A stretch of DNA of 52,689 nt from Acidobacteriota bacterium (lineage in GTDB: Bacteria > Acidobacteriota > UBA6911 > JACQSX01): assembly GCA_036507075.1 (NCBI GenBank), contig DASXQR010000160.1:1-52689 (forward strand), written 5' to 3'. How positions within the stretch are numbered: the first letter of the stretch is position 1; each line of letters starts with the position of its first letter. Below the pieces are notes generated by a model. It made no database searches, was not told the DNA's origin, and saw nothing but the letters and a program-made list of their open reading frames with translations. Both the position numbers and the translations under genes were made by a program. This document shows, in pieces, positions 15,433 to 25,842 of the stretch.

Positions 15433-17670
15433 TCATCGCTTCACGGTTTCCTTTGACTGAGGCCTGAGGAGTTCAGGGTACGCCTTTTCCACGCCTTCTC
15501 CCGGTTTTCGCACTCTCAGGTAAAGGGTGTCTCCTGCACCCGCAGCGCGAAACGCTTCCTGCGCGCGCGAGTACTCGGAGGCCACGTTTTTTACCGGCAG
15601 CACGTTTCCGAGAGGATCCGTCGCATTGATAATCCAGACTTGTCGACCCGCCAGGCTGGCTGCCAGGTCAGGAAGATCGTAGTACTGAAGCACACCCGGG
15701 ATAATGCTTTCAAAGATTGTGCGATGCACCTTTTCACGGACGACTAAATCGTAGGAGACCAGCATCCTTTCCAGGGCCAGTTTTCTGATGCGCTCGTCCT
15801 GAGTTGCCAAATGCAATAATGCGATCGCCCCGCGACCCGTTCCTAAACCGATAAACTGCTTGGCATCCACCTCGGGACGCGTCTCGAGCACGTCGAGACC
15901 CCGGCGAATATCGTATGCGCGCTGCCCCACCAGCGTTCTGCCCACTAGAAAAGCTGTCTTGGCACTCTCGTAGTCGCCAAAGAACCGGAGAAAGGCGTTC
16001 GACGTATCCGGGTTAATCTCGCGCCGCGTCTCTCCCATTCCGCGCGGGTCGATCGCCAGGACGACGTAGCCCGACTTAACCCATGTTTCCAACTCGCCTC
16101 CCGGGTACGCGTGTGCTTCCTTCCCGCCGTCATGGACGTATACGATAGCCGGACCCTTTCCGGAAGTTTGATTCGCTATGAAAAGCAAGGCGGGAACGGT
16201 GATGCCGGCCTCACTCTCATAGGTCAGTTTTTCAATCCGGTAATCGTCACGCCGCAGTTCGCCCCAATGTCTGATCCCCAAAGGGCCGGCTTCCTCGGGA
16301 AAGACGGCCAGCCGGCGAACCTGCCTTTTGATTTCTTCTTTACGTGAAGCAAATGCCGCAAGAGTCGACAGCGTCGGACGCTGCGGGCGAACAAGTTGGT
16401 TTCGCTTCTGGTTGAGCGAGAAAACAGTTTCGCCTCCTAGCGATACAGAGACCTGGCCCGAGGGCGTGCAGAACAAATCTTCTTCACTTTCCAACTGAAT
16501 TTCTGGTTCAGCGATGGGTAAGTCGACTCCCTTGAGCCAGCGGTTCATCCACCGATAAGCAGCCAGCCGTCGCGGCAACGTGAAGCCGTGCCCATCATCC
16601 ACCTCCACCATGTCGAGCTTTTCTTCAGCCCCCAGCAGCGACCAGAGGCGCCTCGCCTCGCGGAAGGTTTCGCGCGCCCCTTCGATCGGAAAGAAATCAC
16701 GAATGGCGGAAAGGATCAGATAGGGTTTTGGCGCAAAGGCTTCCACAAAGTCGGCCTGGTCCAGTCCATCGAGCAAAAACGGAAGCATCACCTGCTCGGC
16801 GTCCTGCGGACCGATAGTCTCCAGTAATCGACGCCAGGAGGTAATGTAACAGGAAGGCGCCGCAACTTTGACCCTGTCATCCAGAGCCGACAGGTAAGCG
16901 GTCATCGTTCCGCCGCCGGAGTTGCCGGTGCATCCAATCCGGCTTTTGTCCACCTCCGGCCTCAATTCCAAATAGTCCAGGGCTCGCATGCCGTCCCAGA
17001 TGGTGTAGCGAGCCAGATTCTGGCCGGTGAGTAAACATTGAATGCCGACGACCGTATGTTCTGTCGTTGAGCCCCCTTCCAGCTTCCATTCCTTGAAGTC
17101 AGGATCGTAGATCTGGATCCGCTCCCCCTGTCCGATGGGATCGTAGGTCAACACGACGAAGCCGTTCTTTGCAAACGTGACGATTAATCGCTGCCAGGCG
17201 TGGTGGGCTTTTGCCCCAAGCTCGTGACCAAGGGGCACCAGCACGGCCGGATAAGGAGACGCTCCTGTCTTCGGCACATAGAGATTAGCCGTGACGAAGA
17301 GGCCCGGCTGGCTTTCGAAAATAATTTTCTCAATCTTGTAGCCGTCACGCTCGAGCACCCCGATAGTTTTGGGATTCAGAGGAGTGCGTTCGGGCAATCC
17401 GCCGATTGATTGAAGAATGCGCTCCCTCACGTAGGCCTGCCGGCGTGCTGCGCTTTCCTTGCTGGTGATTGCAGCCAGTGTCCGCTCGCGCTCGTTTAGA
17501 TAGCGGAACGCAATCTGGTTGAGGTAGCCGGACAACATCTTTTCGGGTTGGGGAAACCCGGGCCGGCCTTTCATCACGCTGAGGTCTTCCCCGGGCTGCG
17601 AAGTCGCAATGCCCGCCGACAGGGCAACCAGCGTGAAAAGGGCAAAAAGATATGCAGGTGTTCTTTTCAT
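15433..17670 (-). CDS. Secreted alpha/beta hydrolase, acetylxylan esterase-like, two tandem hydrolase domains
   Basis: Signal peptide MKRTPAYLFALFTLVAL, YDPIGQGER, IGCTGNSGGG nucleophile elbow, DAEQ, RDFFPIEG, HGF; second domain IDPRGMGE lacks the Ser elbow. Confidence 0.87.
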   Translation of the reverse strand: MKRTPAYLFALFTLVALSAGIATSQPGEDLSVMKGRPGFPQPEKMLSGYLNQIAFRYLNERERTLAAITSKESAARRQAYVRERILQSIGGLPERTPLNPKTIGVLERDGYKIEKIIFESQPGLFVTANLYVPKTGASPYPAVLVPLGHELGAKAHHAWQRLIVTFAKNGFVVLTYDPIGQGERIQIYDPDFKEWKLEGGSTTEHTVVGIQCLLTGQNLARYTIWDGMRALDYLELRPEVDKSRIGCTGNSGGGTMTAYLSALDDRVKVAAPSCYITSWRRLLETIGPQDAEQVMLPFLLDGLDQADFVEAFAPKPYLILSAIRDFFPIEGARETFREARRLWSLLGAEEKLDMVEVDDGHGFTLPRRLAAYRWMNRWLKGVDLPIAEPEIQLESEEDLFCTPSGQVSVSLGGETVFSLNQKRNQLVRPQRPTLSTLAAFASRKEEIKRQVRRLAVFPEEAGPLGIRHWGELRRDDYRIEKLTYESEAGITVPALLFIANQTSGKGPAIVYVHDGGKEAHAYPGGELETWVKSGYVVLAIDPRGMGETRREINPDTSNAFLRFFGDYESAKTAFLVGRTLVGQRAYDIRRGLDVLETRPEVDAKQFIGLGTGRGAIALLHLATQDERIRKLALERMLVSYDLVVREKVHRTIFESIIPGVLQYYDLPDLAASLAGRQVWIINATDPLGNVLPVKNVASEYSRAQEAFRAAGAGDTLYLRVRKPGEGVEKAYPELLRPQSKETVKR

Positions 17671-17703
17671 AATCGATCTCGACTTCGTAAATTCACGGAA
17701 GCA

Positions 17704-17882
17704 TTTTTCACCACAGAGACACAGCCCGGCCGCAATGCCGCGACCAAAGAAACGCCGAACACGGCCGTTCCCCCGGCTCCGCTTCGCTCCGCCATGGGCC
17801 ACAGGCTGACGCCCGCCAAAAAACGACGGGCTGGTGTCCTCCAAAAAGCTAATTTGGACAAGCGTGCACGTCAACGTCAACC
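17704..17882. repeat. Mosaic of palindromic-element fragments
   Basis: Solo arm tttttcaccacagagacacag; gccgcgaccaaa; ccccggctccgcttcgctccgccatggg...gcccgcc..cgggc; hexamer run gtgcacgtcaacgtcaac. Confidence 0.6.
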
Positions 17883-17912
17883 AGAGACGTCGACGATCAG
17901 GTCCACGCCCAC

Positions 17913-19361
17913 TCACCGCGGTGGCGGGACCGATTTTTGGCCGGTCTGACCTCTTCGCTTTTCAATCCTATTTAGATTCTCACGAAGATCGGCACGATCT
18001 GGAGCCAACCGTACCGCGGCTTCATACTCATCCCTGGCCCTCTCTTCCTGACCCAGTTCCAAATAAATGTTGCCTAACAGATTCCGTAGCTCCGCATGGC
18101 CCGGCCGCGCGAACTTGACTTTTTCGCCATAGAGGCGCGCTCTCTCAAACTCCTTACGTTGGTACCAGTACCTCGCGGCCAAATAATTCCCCACGACAGA
18201 ATCAGGATCCAGTTTTTCCATCTTGACAAGATGTTGATGCGCAAGCTGCCAGTTTCCCGAGGATACAAATATTTCGGCCAGGTACCCGCGGGCGTCCCAG
18301 TTGTCGGAATCAATCTCAAGCACCTGCTCGAACTTCGCCCGGGCCTCAGCCATCCGGCCCTGATCAAAGAGCTTTTCACCCTCCGCGAGCAGGATCGCCG
18401 CGTCGCGCGCGCGTCTCTCCTTTTTTTGCAGCGCCAAATTCGCCTCTTGAAACTTCTCGCGGTATTCTCCGGCCATGGCCTGCTCTCCGCTGCGCCGGTA
18501 GGCAAGGGATAAGGCATAGTAGATTTGAGGAAAGGCGCTGCCTGACGGTTCTGCGCGCTTCAAATATTCTATTGCCTCTCCCAGTTCACCCCGGCCCAGG
18601 CATACCAATCCCAGCCTGTGAAGATACTCGGGATTGGCCCCATTTTGTCTTACCGCTTCCAGCAGAACTTTTTTGGCCTCTGCCAGTTCATTGCGCTGGT
18701 GGAAGATCTTGCCCAGTTCAAAATAGGCAAGCGCGTTTTGTCCGGACTTTTCAATGCTCCTCTTGAAAGCCTGCAATGCCAGTTCGAACTCATTCCTTAT
18801 GAGGTAAGTTTGCCCCCGGTTGAGGTCAATTTGGGAATCTTCAGGATGCCTTTCTCCCAGGAGGTCAAGAATTCTCAAGGCGTCCGGCGTTTTCTGCAAA
18901 CGGTAGTAGACATCGCTGAGAAGCCACAGCCAGGCAGTCGGCAATTGGCTTACTTTGCCCTTTTCTTCGAGAACGGCGAGTGTGCTGGTTGCATGATCCT
19001 GCTGTTTTAGCCGCGTGAATACATTTGCCTGAAAGATGCGATATTCGGGCCGGTTGGGATCGAGACGAACCGCCTCATTTAGTTCCAGCGCCGCGGCGCT
19101 CAGGCGTCCCGCTTCCGTCAACGCGACTCCGGAATAAAAGTAGGGCCGTGAATCCTCGGGAGCAGCTTGTTTGCAGTGGCTAAAGGCGGTTACCGCATCG
19201 ATAAAACGTCCTTCGGCGGTGAGCTTGATACCTTTGTCCAGAAGCTCTTCCTGTTGTCGTGCCTCGTGCGGCGCGCCAAAGGAAAGAGCTTGGAAAACAA
19301 CCAGGACAGATATCTTATGTCGGTAGTTCAAGCCAAGAATTATTTGACCACAAAGGCACAA
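17913..19361 (-). CDS. Tetratricopeptide repeat protein
   Basis: Many TPR units (AVRLDPNRPEY, AYFELGKIF, VLEIDSDNWDA, LRNLLGNIY); start uncertain because the ORF begins inside a repeat (alternative TTG at 19331). Confidence 0.88.
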   Translation of the reverse strand: MCLCGQIILGLNYRHKISVLVVFQALSFGAPHEARQQEELLDKGIKLTAEGRFIDAVTAFSHCKQAAPEDSRPYFYSGVALTEAGRLSAAALELNEAVRLDPNRPEYRIFQANVFTRLKQQDHATSTLAVLEEKGKVSQLPTAWLWLLSDVYYRLQKTPDALRILDLLGERHPEDSQIDLNRGQTYLIRNEFELALQAFKRSIEKSGQNALAYFELGKIFHQRNELAEAKKVLLEAVRQNGANPEYLHRLGLVCLGRGELGEAIEYLKRAEPSGSAFPQIYYALSLAYRRSGEQAMAGEYREKFQEANLALQKKERRARDAAILLAEGEKLFDQGRMAEARAKFEQVLEIDSDNWDARGYLAEIFVSSGNWQLAHQHLVKMEKLDPDSVVGNYLAARYWYQRKEFERARLYGEKVKFARPGHAELRNLLGNIYLELGQEERARDEYEAAVRLAPDRADLRENLNRIEKRRGQTGQKSVPPPR

Positions 19362-19465
19362 AGAGCACGAAGCAAGACTTGGGGCAGATCAAGGGCTTTC
19401 AAGCCGACCGGCCTCTGCCCGCTACATGTCTTCCCTTTTGTGTCCTTCGTGTCTTTGTGGTTAAA
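19343..19465. repeat. 9-bp-period inverted repeat element (CACAAAG type)
   Basis: tttgaccacaaaggcacaaagagcacgaag ... ttttgtgtccttcgtgtctttgtggttaaa; inner gggcaga/tctgccc pair. Confidence 0.9.
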
Positions 19466-19487
19466 GTTACCGTTTCCTTTTTTCACT

Positions 19488-22400
19488 CTACCAGTCGACC
19501 CTGAACGACAATTGTATCGTCCGCGGGTTGTTCGACTGGCGGCTCAGATCCTGCAGGCCGGTGACGTTATCCGGAGCCAAATCGTTCGGGTGATTGAAGA
19601 AATTGAAGAAGTCCGCGGAAAACCGCGCCTCGACGCGCTCTCCAACTCTGAAATTTTTGAAGATCGTCATATCCACATTCCACGCACCGGGACCGAGGAA
19701 GAACGCCCTGGGACTGGGATTGTAGAGCTCTCCGATAGGGGTGTTGCGAGTAGAGCCGTTTTGCAGCAGCTGAGGAAGAAGGTTGTTAAAGTTGGGTCCG
19801 AGTTGATGGACTACTCGCTGGCTCCGATCTACCGGCACGAGTGCCTGCAGGTTGCCCCCTGTGACATTGGTGGCTTGAGTGGGATCGAAGTCTCCACGGA
19901 ACCAGAGACGCTGCCGTCGCCCGAATATGGTCATTTCCAGGCGCTGGTTGGACTTCAGCGTAGGATCGCCGAATATGTAGCGATTGGGATTAATGCTGCT
20001 CCAGAAACCACTGCGCCAGTCTCCGATGGTGGCGATCTGCCACCCGCCGATGACGTGATTGACCACCCCGGGCACGTCTTTGCCAAAACTCTTTCCCCTG
20101 CCGAAAGGCAGGTCCACCACGCCGTTGTAACGGATGCGATGAGGCGGGAGGCTGGTGGAATTGAAATATACCAGGCGAAGCCGCTGGTCGTAACTGAGGC
20201 TGGGCGATCCGCGTATCTGATGGTTTTCAGGCACCCGTCCGCCGCCGCCGACAGAGTTTATGCCGACATTTCCACTGGTGAAACCGCCGGCGTCCGTGGT
20301 TGTGAGCGAGCGGGTGTAGGTGTAGAACCACTGAAAAGCCACTCCTTTGGAAAACCTGCGCTCAACCTCTATCTGGCCCGAATGCGTATTGGAGTACCCC
20401 GTGCGATTAAGCCCGATAAAACTCCAGTCTTTATTGCGGCGCAGCAGGTCACGGTTCCCCGGAGGCGCCTGGCCGGTCCGGGCTACGTAGTTGTACTCGC
20501 CCTCCCTGGTATTCAGGTCAAACTGCTGCTCCATATCTCTTCCGAGTTCCCCGATGTAGCTGACCCGCAGAGCCGTCGAATAGGGAAGCTGGCGCTCCAC
20601 GGTAAGGTGCCAGGACCGCGCCTTGCCATCGCTCCAATTCCGGGCATCCCAGATCGTTGCAGATGCAGGGCCTGTGGAGATGGCAACGATGCCTTGAGTG
20701 TCGACGCCGATTTGGCCGACAAAGTCCGCCGCCGTGGGCCGAGTGACCAGCGGGTAATTGGCATTTGCATTCTTGCGTACGATATCGTTTGTAAATCTGA
20801 GATTGAGCGGTGGATTCCCTCTGGTTGACTGCAGGATTTGAGATAGCGGCATGGTCCAGAAATATTCTCCGTATCCGCCGCGCACCACTGTTTTGTTGTT
20901 GATTTTGAAAGCGGCTCCCAGACGGGGACCGAAATTGTTGTTATCCGCCCGGAACAGACTATCCGGCATCCCCACGGCGCGGGCTGTTGCCCAGGTCAGT
21001 CCCCGCTTAGCCCATGAGGCAAGCACCGAGGAGGGAATTCCAGGGAGGTCCTCCATACGGTGTTCCTTCGGCGTCACGACCTGAAACTTGTCAAATACCG
21101 AACTGAGATCGGGAACCGCCAGTCTGTTGTTTTTTTCGTGATAAGGAGTCCATTTGTCCCAGCGTAACCCCAGGTTGAGCGTCAGGCGAGAAGAGACCTT
21201 CCACTTGTCACTGAAGAAGAGACCAGACTCCAGTTGTCGGAAATAAAAAAAACCGCGGTTGTACTGGTTGGAAAGAAAGGTGGGCAGCCCCAGGAGCAAG
21301 CTGACGAATCCCTCTCCCGTGAACGGCGCTGCGGCATCGTCGTTGGGACTGTAAAGCGCCGTCCACTGTCCCCCGAAAGTGTGCGAACCCTGGGCCTGCT
21401 GCAGCTCGGCGACGTTATTCTGTTCCCAGTGGAGTTTCCCGCCAAACTGGACGGTGTGGCTGCCGACGTTCCAGGTGGTGTTATTTTCCAGAGCTTCGGT
21501 GGTCAGAGCTTCGTCCTTGCGGTTGTCCGAGTCCCAGCCGCCGATTCCCGCACCCAGGGTAGGCCATCCTGTCACTCCGAACGGATTCGGTAAACCCAGT
21601 TTTTTCGGCCAGTCGGTAAAGTCGGCCAGCGTCCCTGAGCTCTTAAAAGATCGATGGACCCCCACCAGCAACTCGTTAAGAAGCGTAGGGGACATGGTGC
21701 GCGTGTGGTTCAGCGAGACATTGTTGACCACGGCATCCGAGCGGGAAGTTCCAAAACCAGCGGAGACGTCTACAGGATTTCCGAAGACTCCACCTTCGGT
21801 GGCGGCATTTCTCGTGCTCCGGGTCCATCTCACCGACAGCGTATCCTTCTCGGTGACGGCATGATCACCTTTAATCGTGATATTGCCGCTGTCCAGCCGG
21901 TCAGGATAAAAACGCTCAAAGTTATTCCCCAAAAAAGGATTGATACCATTGGTGGGACGGGCCGTAAGCGAACTCAGGACCTTGGAGATAGGACTGATCC
22001 TGTTTGCGGGAACTATGTTTCCGGGGAAGGGTTGCCGGATTCCGTTCGAGTCCGTAGTGAGCGGATCATAAACAGTAGTCCTGCGTCCGCTTGTGTCGAC
22101 AATATTGCTGAGGTCCCCATTCCACATCGCCTCCGTAGGAACAACATCGGAGATAAAGCTGCTCTGGCGGTTTCTCAATCCTTCGTAGGCTGCAAACCAG
22201 AAGGTCTTATTGCGGCCATCATACCAGCGTCCCAGATAGAAGGGCCCGCCGGCCGATGCGCCGAACTCGTTGCGAACCAGGTGCGCTTTAGGTGCCCCCG
22301 GTTTTTCCTCGCGCCGCCGCGCCAACAAGCCGCCTACGTTGTTCCGGTGAGTCTCAAAGACGCTGCCGTGAAACTGGTTGGTTCCGCTGCGCGTCGAGAG

Positions 22401-23108
22401 CGTCACGGTGGCTGGACGCGAGAATCGGGCGTCGGAACCGACGGTCTCGATCCGGAACTCCTGAATGGTGTCAAGTCCCGGCTGGATGCGGGCAATCCCG
22501 CCTCCAAAACGGTCCACCAGTGATATCCCGTCAAGCGTGATTTCAAGCGATCCCACTTTGAGTCCATTGACACGGGCGTTGCCGCCGCCCTCGACTCCGG
22601 GCGTCAAATCGAACAAGGAGCTGATAGAGCGCCCGTTGAGCGGCAACTGTCGGATACGCTGGTAGTCCTTGACGTCGGATACCTCTGCGGTCTCCAGTGT
22701 GATGGGCGGCGCCGCTCCGGTCACTTCAACGACGTTGTGGATTTCGCCCACCTCTAATGCGGGGTCTACTACCGCAGTCTGGCCAACCTGAAGCTCGAGT
22801 TTGCCCAACCACTTCTTAAAACCTGGAAGCTCCACTGCCAGCGTGTATGACCCACGTGGAAGGGCGCCGAAGTAGTACGTTCCTACTTCGGAAGTAATGC
22901 CCTTTCGCGAGATACCTGTCTCTGTATGAGTGATGGTAACGTCAGCTCCGGGAACCACAGCCCGGTTTGCGTCCCGGACGGTTCCCGTGACGCTTCCGGT
23001 GCCGGTCTGCGCCCATGCAGACTGACAGGTCAGCACCAGCGCCATCAAAGCCGCGAGGAAAAAATAAGCTTCGAAAATTCTCGTCTTTTTGGTCTTAAAG
23101 CTTTTCAT
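19488..23108 (-). CDS. TonB-dependent receptor-like outer membrane protein with N-terminal carboxypeptidase-regulatory-like domain
   Basis: Signal peptide, GSVTGTVRD..VPGA.VT, LPLNGR, IQEFRIET, TRSGTNQFHG, LTLNLGLRWD, NNFGPRLG, FFNFFNHPN, C-terminal aromatic (FRVDW). Confidence 0.93.
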   Translation of the reverse strand: MKSFKTKKTRIFEAYFFLAALMALVLTCQSAWAQTGTGSVTGTVRDANRAVVPGADVTITHTETGISRKGITSEVGTYYFGALPRGSYTLAVELPGFKKWLGKLELQVGQTAVVDPALEVGEIHNVVEVTGAAPPITLETAEVSDVKDYQRIRQLPLNGRSISSLFDLTPGVEGGGNARVNGLKVGSLEITLDGISLVDRFGGGIARIQPGLDTIQEFRIETVGSDARFSRPATVTLSTRSGTNQFHGSVFETHRNNVGGLLARRREEKPGAPKAHLVRNEFGASAGGPFYLGRWYDGRNKTFWFAAYEGLRNRQSSFISDVVPTEAMWNGDLSNIVDTSGRRTTVYDPLTTDSNGIRQPFPGNIVPANRISPISKVLSSLTARPTNGINPFLGNNFERFYPDRLDSGNITIKGDHAVTEKDTLSVRWTRSTRNAATEGGVFGNPVDVSAGFGTSRSDAVVNNVSLNHTRTMSPTLLNELLVGVHRSFKSSGTLADFTDWPKKLGLPNPFGVTGWPTLGAGIGGWDSDNRKDEALTTEALENNTTWNVGSHTVQFGGKLHWEQNNVAELQQAQGSHTFGGQWTALYSPNDDAAAPFTGEGFVSLLLGLPTFLSNQYNRGFFYFRQLESGLFFSDKWKVSSRLTLNLGLRWDKWTPYHEKNNRLAVPDLSSVFDKFQVVTPKEHRMEDLPGIPSSVLASWAKRGLTWATARAVGMPDSLFRADNNNFGPRLGAAFKINNKTVVRGGYGEYFWTMPLSQILQSTRGNPPLNLRFTNDIVRKNANANYPLVTRPTAADFVGQIGVDTQGIVAISTGPASATIWDARNWSDGKARSWHLTVERQLPYSTALRVSYIGELGRDMEQQFDLNTREGEYNYVARTGQAPPGNRDLLRRNKDWSFIGLNRTGYSNTHSGQIEVERRFSKGVAFQWFYTYTRSLTTTDAGGFTSGNVGINSVGGGGRVPENHQIRGSPSLSYDQRLRLVYFNSTSLPPHRIRYNGVVDLPFGRGKSFGKDVPGVVNHVIGGWQIATIGDWRSGFWSSINPNRYIFGDPTLKSNQRLEMTIFGRRQRLWFRGDFDPTQATNVTGGNLQALVPVDRSQRVVHQLGPNFNNLLPQLLQNGSTRNTPIGELYNPSPRAFFLGPGAWNVDMTIFKNFRVGERVEARFSADFFNFFNHPNDLAPDNVTGLQDLSRQSNNPRTIQLSFRVDW

Positions 23109-23304
23109 ATCTGACCCCCCATTGCGGAGATTTTCAATCGGCTGGACGTAAAAGAAATATGAAGGCGCACTACCTTGCGTGGGCGTCTGGCGGATATGGA
23201 CGATTGTCGGGCCAACGTGCGACCACGCAGAGATGCTCCTGCGATCAGATCGATTCCTTCACGGCCTCTAACAATGCTGACTCTCCAAAATCGGTTATCT
23301 GGAG

Positions 23305-23342
23305 ATTGCAACAACTTACCACCGGGACATATTGCAAACAAC
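23305..23342 (-). promoter_or_regulatory. Possible promoter of the TBDR overlapped by a direct repeat
   Basis: Minus strand TTGTTT-N17-TAAGTT with TG extension; attgcaacaac / attgcaaacaac repeat overlaps both boxes. Confidence 0.3.
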
Positions 23343-23424
23343 CAAAAAGGACAACGCCCTCGCTTGAACTTGGATTCATTTGTCCGGAGGAATCCCAGTT
23401 TTGAGAATTGCGTCAATTGAATCC

Positions 23425-24495
23425 TCAAGGCGATTCCCGCGCAATTACAATCGTGGTGCAGGAGCTGCTCAATTTGGGAAGATCCCGGGAGGCAGCCATG
23501 CGTATTTTCAATCGCACGCTATCGCCGCGGATGACGGGACAGTAGCAGTCAGGCTGTGACAGTGCCCCCTGCAGGCGGCGGCGTCCCGCGCATCCGCCAT
23601 GACAAGCCTTGCGGAATTCGCACGACTCGCAAGCCTGGGGCAATGACCGAGCCTCCTGAAAAGGCGGCGAGTCCAGAACGCCGATTCCCGCCGCAGTCAA
23701 TTCCGCCAGCGGCTCACCTGCCCCGGTCCAGTAAACACACGGTTGGGTCGTGCCTCGCGGAGTGACGCGAACCGTGCTAAACCCGCATCCCCCTTGCAGC
23801 GGCGGCAGACGCGCCATGGCGCGCACCAGTGGCTCGCCAATGGCTATCACATCGGTCTCTGCGAAAAGCCGGCGAAATCCTTCCCAGTACTCCCCATACG
23901 CCAGCGCATAGATATCTGAGCGCACGGCCTGATATACGTTGACTCGCAAAGGAGCATTCAACTTCTTGGCTACCCGCGCAACATCAGCCAGCAGCAAGTA
24001 GTTTGATTTCATCATCACAGAAGTGATCGTCACAGGAACACCCAGCTTGGCGCATCGATCTGCTTGCTCGTGGATCAGCATCCAGTTGCCGGATCCTCGC
24101 TGCGTGTCCTGCTGTTCTTGCGTCGGATAATCAAGAGAGAACTCGATATCATGGAATGCTCGCACTTCTTCATCTTCCAAAACCGCAATGCTGTGTCCAT
24201 TGGAGGTAATCGTGAGTTGAATCGGCTGCTCGCGCAGATAAGCCAGAACGGTTCTGAAGTCCGGGTGCATGCCATTCTCCCCAGTACCCAGGTTCACCGA
24301 GCGTATGGGTAGATTTTCCAAGACCGATTTTATCTGCTCCAGGGTGAGACGATCCGTACGAGCGGGATCGCGGTAACAGAAGGCGCAGGAGAGATTGCAT
24401 TCGTTTGTCAGCCCGATGCCGAGCGCAAGACCTGCATGCGGTTGAGCTGATGAGAAAGCCGGAGAAGCCGTAATCCTGTTCACGACGGTTTCCAT
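23425..24495 (-). CDS. Radical SAM protein with SPASM domain
   Basis: CNLSCAFC (CX3CX2C), NLGTGEN, ITSNG, SLD; auxiliary cluster Cys GC...QPC...CESC..ACHGGC...YCP; ATG overlaps upstream stop (TGATG). Confidence 0.93.
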   Translation of the reverse strand: METVVNRITASPAFSSAQPHAGLALGIGLTNECNLSCAFCYRDPARTDRLTLEQIKSVLENLPIRSVNLGTGENGMHPDFRTVLAYLREQPIQLTITSNGHSIAVLEDEEVRAFHDIEFSLDYPTQEQQDTQRGSGNWMLIHEQADRCAKLGVPVTITSVMMKSNYLLLADVARVAKKLNAPLRVNVYQAVRSDIYALAYGEYWEGFRRLFAETDVIAIGEPLVRAMARLPPLQGGCGFSTVRVTPRGTTQPCVYWTGAGEPLAELTAAGIGVLDSPPFQEARSLPQACESCEFRKACHGGCAGRRRLQGALSQPDCYCPVIRGDSVRLKIRMAASRDLPKLSSSCTTIVIARESP

Positions 24496-25301
24496 CAACG
24501 AATGCCGGGGCGAGCGAGGTATTGTACGTAGCGCGCTACGGAGGCAAATTTGGCCAGCCTCCCCAGTTTGCACTCCAGTTCGAAAATGCGGCGGTACTGG
24601 GAGTCGCGGGAAACCTGCGGCGGCAGATAATCCGCAATAACGCGGACACCACGCACGGCTATTACGTCCAAAGACGCTTCTTTAATCGTCGTTTCGACGC
24701 CTTCGGATGTAAACAAACGCACCGGTCCCCCATAGAGGGACTCAGCGCCCCACTCCGCCGTCAGAAAGAGCTCGGCCAAATCCAAATCGCCCGACTGGAT
24801 GCAGGCTTTCAACACTTCGCCGATCCGGTTACGTACCAGCAGGGACAGTATTCCCGACGGGCGCGGGCGCATCAGGCGCGCGCTGTCTCGGAGTACGGAG
24901 GCCGGATCCCCTGCGTACTCCAGCACATTATGGCAAAGAACGATGTCAAATGATCCCGCAGAAAAAATATTCCCCAGATCGGCAACATCGCCATGTTTGA
25001 CCGCGGTGTTCTCGCTGACCCCTGACTGGCGCGCGGCGCGCCCGGCCATAGCCAGCATCTCCGCCGAGGAGTCGAGCAAAGTCACGTGGACGCCCGCGCG
25101 CGCCAGGCGCAGCGAGCAGGCGCCTGTGCCGCATCCGATGTCGAGCGCGCGCAAAGGCTGTTCAAGCTGCGATTCAGGCAGGAATTCCCGGAGATTAGCA
25201 AACGTCAGGTCGACGCGCAACTTCCCTTCGGGTGTTTCCAGGTAGGCGGCGTATTTCTCCGCGTCCCTGAGAAAGCGTTTATCGGCTGCTTCCACGACCA
25301 A
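24495..25301 (-). CDS. Class I SAM-dependent methyltransferase (SmtA/CmoM-like)
   Basis: ALDIGCGTG, LLDSSAEML, FDIVLCHNVLEY, GVRVIADYL; start codon uncertain (TTG). Confidence 0.88.
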   Translation of the reverse strand: MVVEAADKRFLRDAEKYAAYLETPEGKLRVDLTFANLREFLPESQLEQPLRALDIGCGTGACSLRLARAGVHVTLLDSSAEMLAMAGRAARQSGVSENTAVKHGDVADLGNIFSAGSFDIVLCHNVLEYAGDPASVLRDSARLMRPRPSGILSLLVRNRIGEVLKACIQSGDLDLAELFLTAEWGAESLYGGPVRLFTSEGVETTIKEASLDVIAVRGVRVIADYLPPQVSRDSQYRRIFELECKLGRLAKFASVARYVQYLARPGIR

Positions 25302-25353
25302 TTATTCTATTCCAACAGCATGAAGTTAAGTACCATAGAGAAGAGAGGGTGAA

Positions 25354-25833
25354 ATGACAAACGGCGCCGATGCTGATCGTGATGCTGCGGCGAAGGCTCT
25401 GGCTTTCATACGCCTCACACTCGGAATGATGTTTGTCTGGGTTTTCTTTGAGAATTTAGGAAAGGGTCTGTACACTCCAGCAGGCTATGCCGGACTGATT
25501 AAGGTATATCTGGATCACGGTCAGGCTCCGGCTTTCTGGAAAAGCTTCATGGCGATGGCTGCCGCCAAATCCGCTGTTACGGCCCCGCTGCAGGGATTCA
25601 CCGAGATTTCGCTCGGTGGCCTGCTGGTTTTGGGGCTGCTTACGCGTCCGGCAGCGCTGGTCGCGTTTCTGTTTCTCACCAGTCTGTGGGTTTCCGAATG
25701 GGGAACTGCATGGATTTGGGAACTGCTGGTGCCTATGATGGCTGCGTTAGGTTTACTAATGGGACGAGCAGGGCGAAAATGGGGATTGGATGGCTTCCTT
25801 GCTCGACGCTATCCCGGGTCCCGACTCTGGTAG
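25354..25833 (+). CDS. DoxX family membrane protein
   Basis: FIRLTLGMMF, TEISLGGLLVLGLLTRPAA, AGRKWGLDG; RBS GAGGG. Confidence 0.88.
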   Translation: MTNGADADRDAAAKALAFIRLTLGMMFVWVFFENLGKGLYTPAGYAGLIKVYLDHGQAPAFWKSFMAMAAAKSAVTAPLQGFTEISLGGLLVLGLLTRPAALVAFLFLTSLWVSEWGTAWIWELLVPMMAALGLLMGRAGRKWGLDGFLARRYPGSRLW

Positions 25834-25842
25834 CCGGGCAGT

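Noticed and set aside
19167..20828. 553-aa plus-strand ORF
   Set aside because: Antisense shadow of the TBDR; no motifs.
23105..23428. 107-aa ORF as RiPP precursor for the SPASM enzyme
   Set aside because: No leader/core pattern, no RRE or transporter nearby, and it covers the probable TBDR promoter region.
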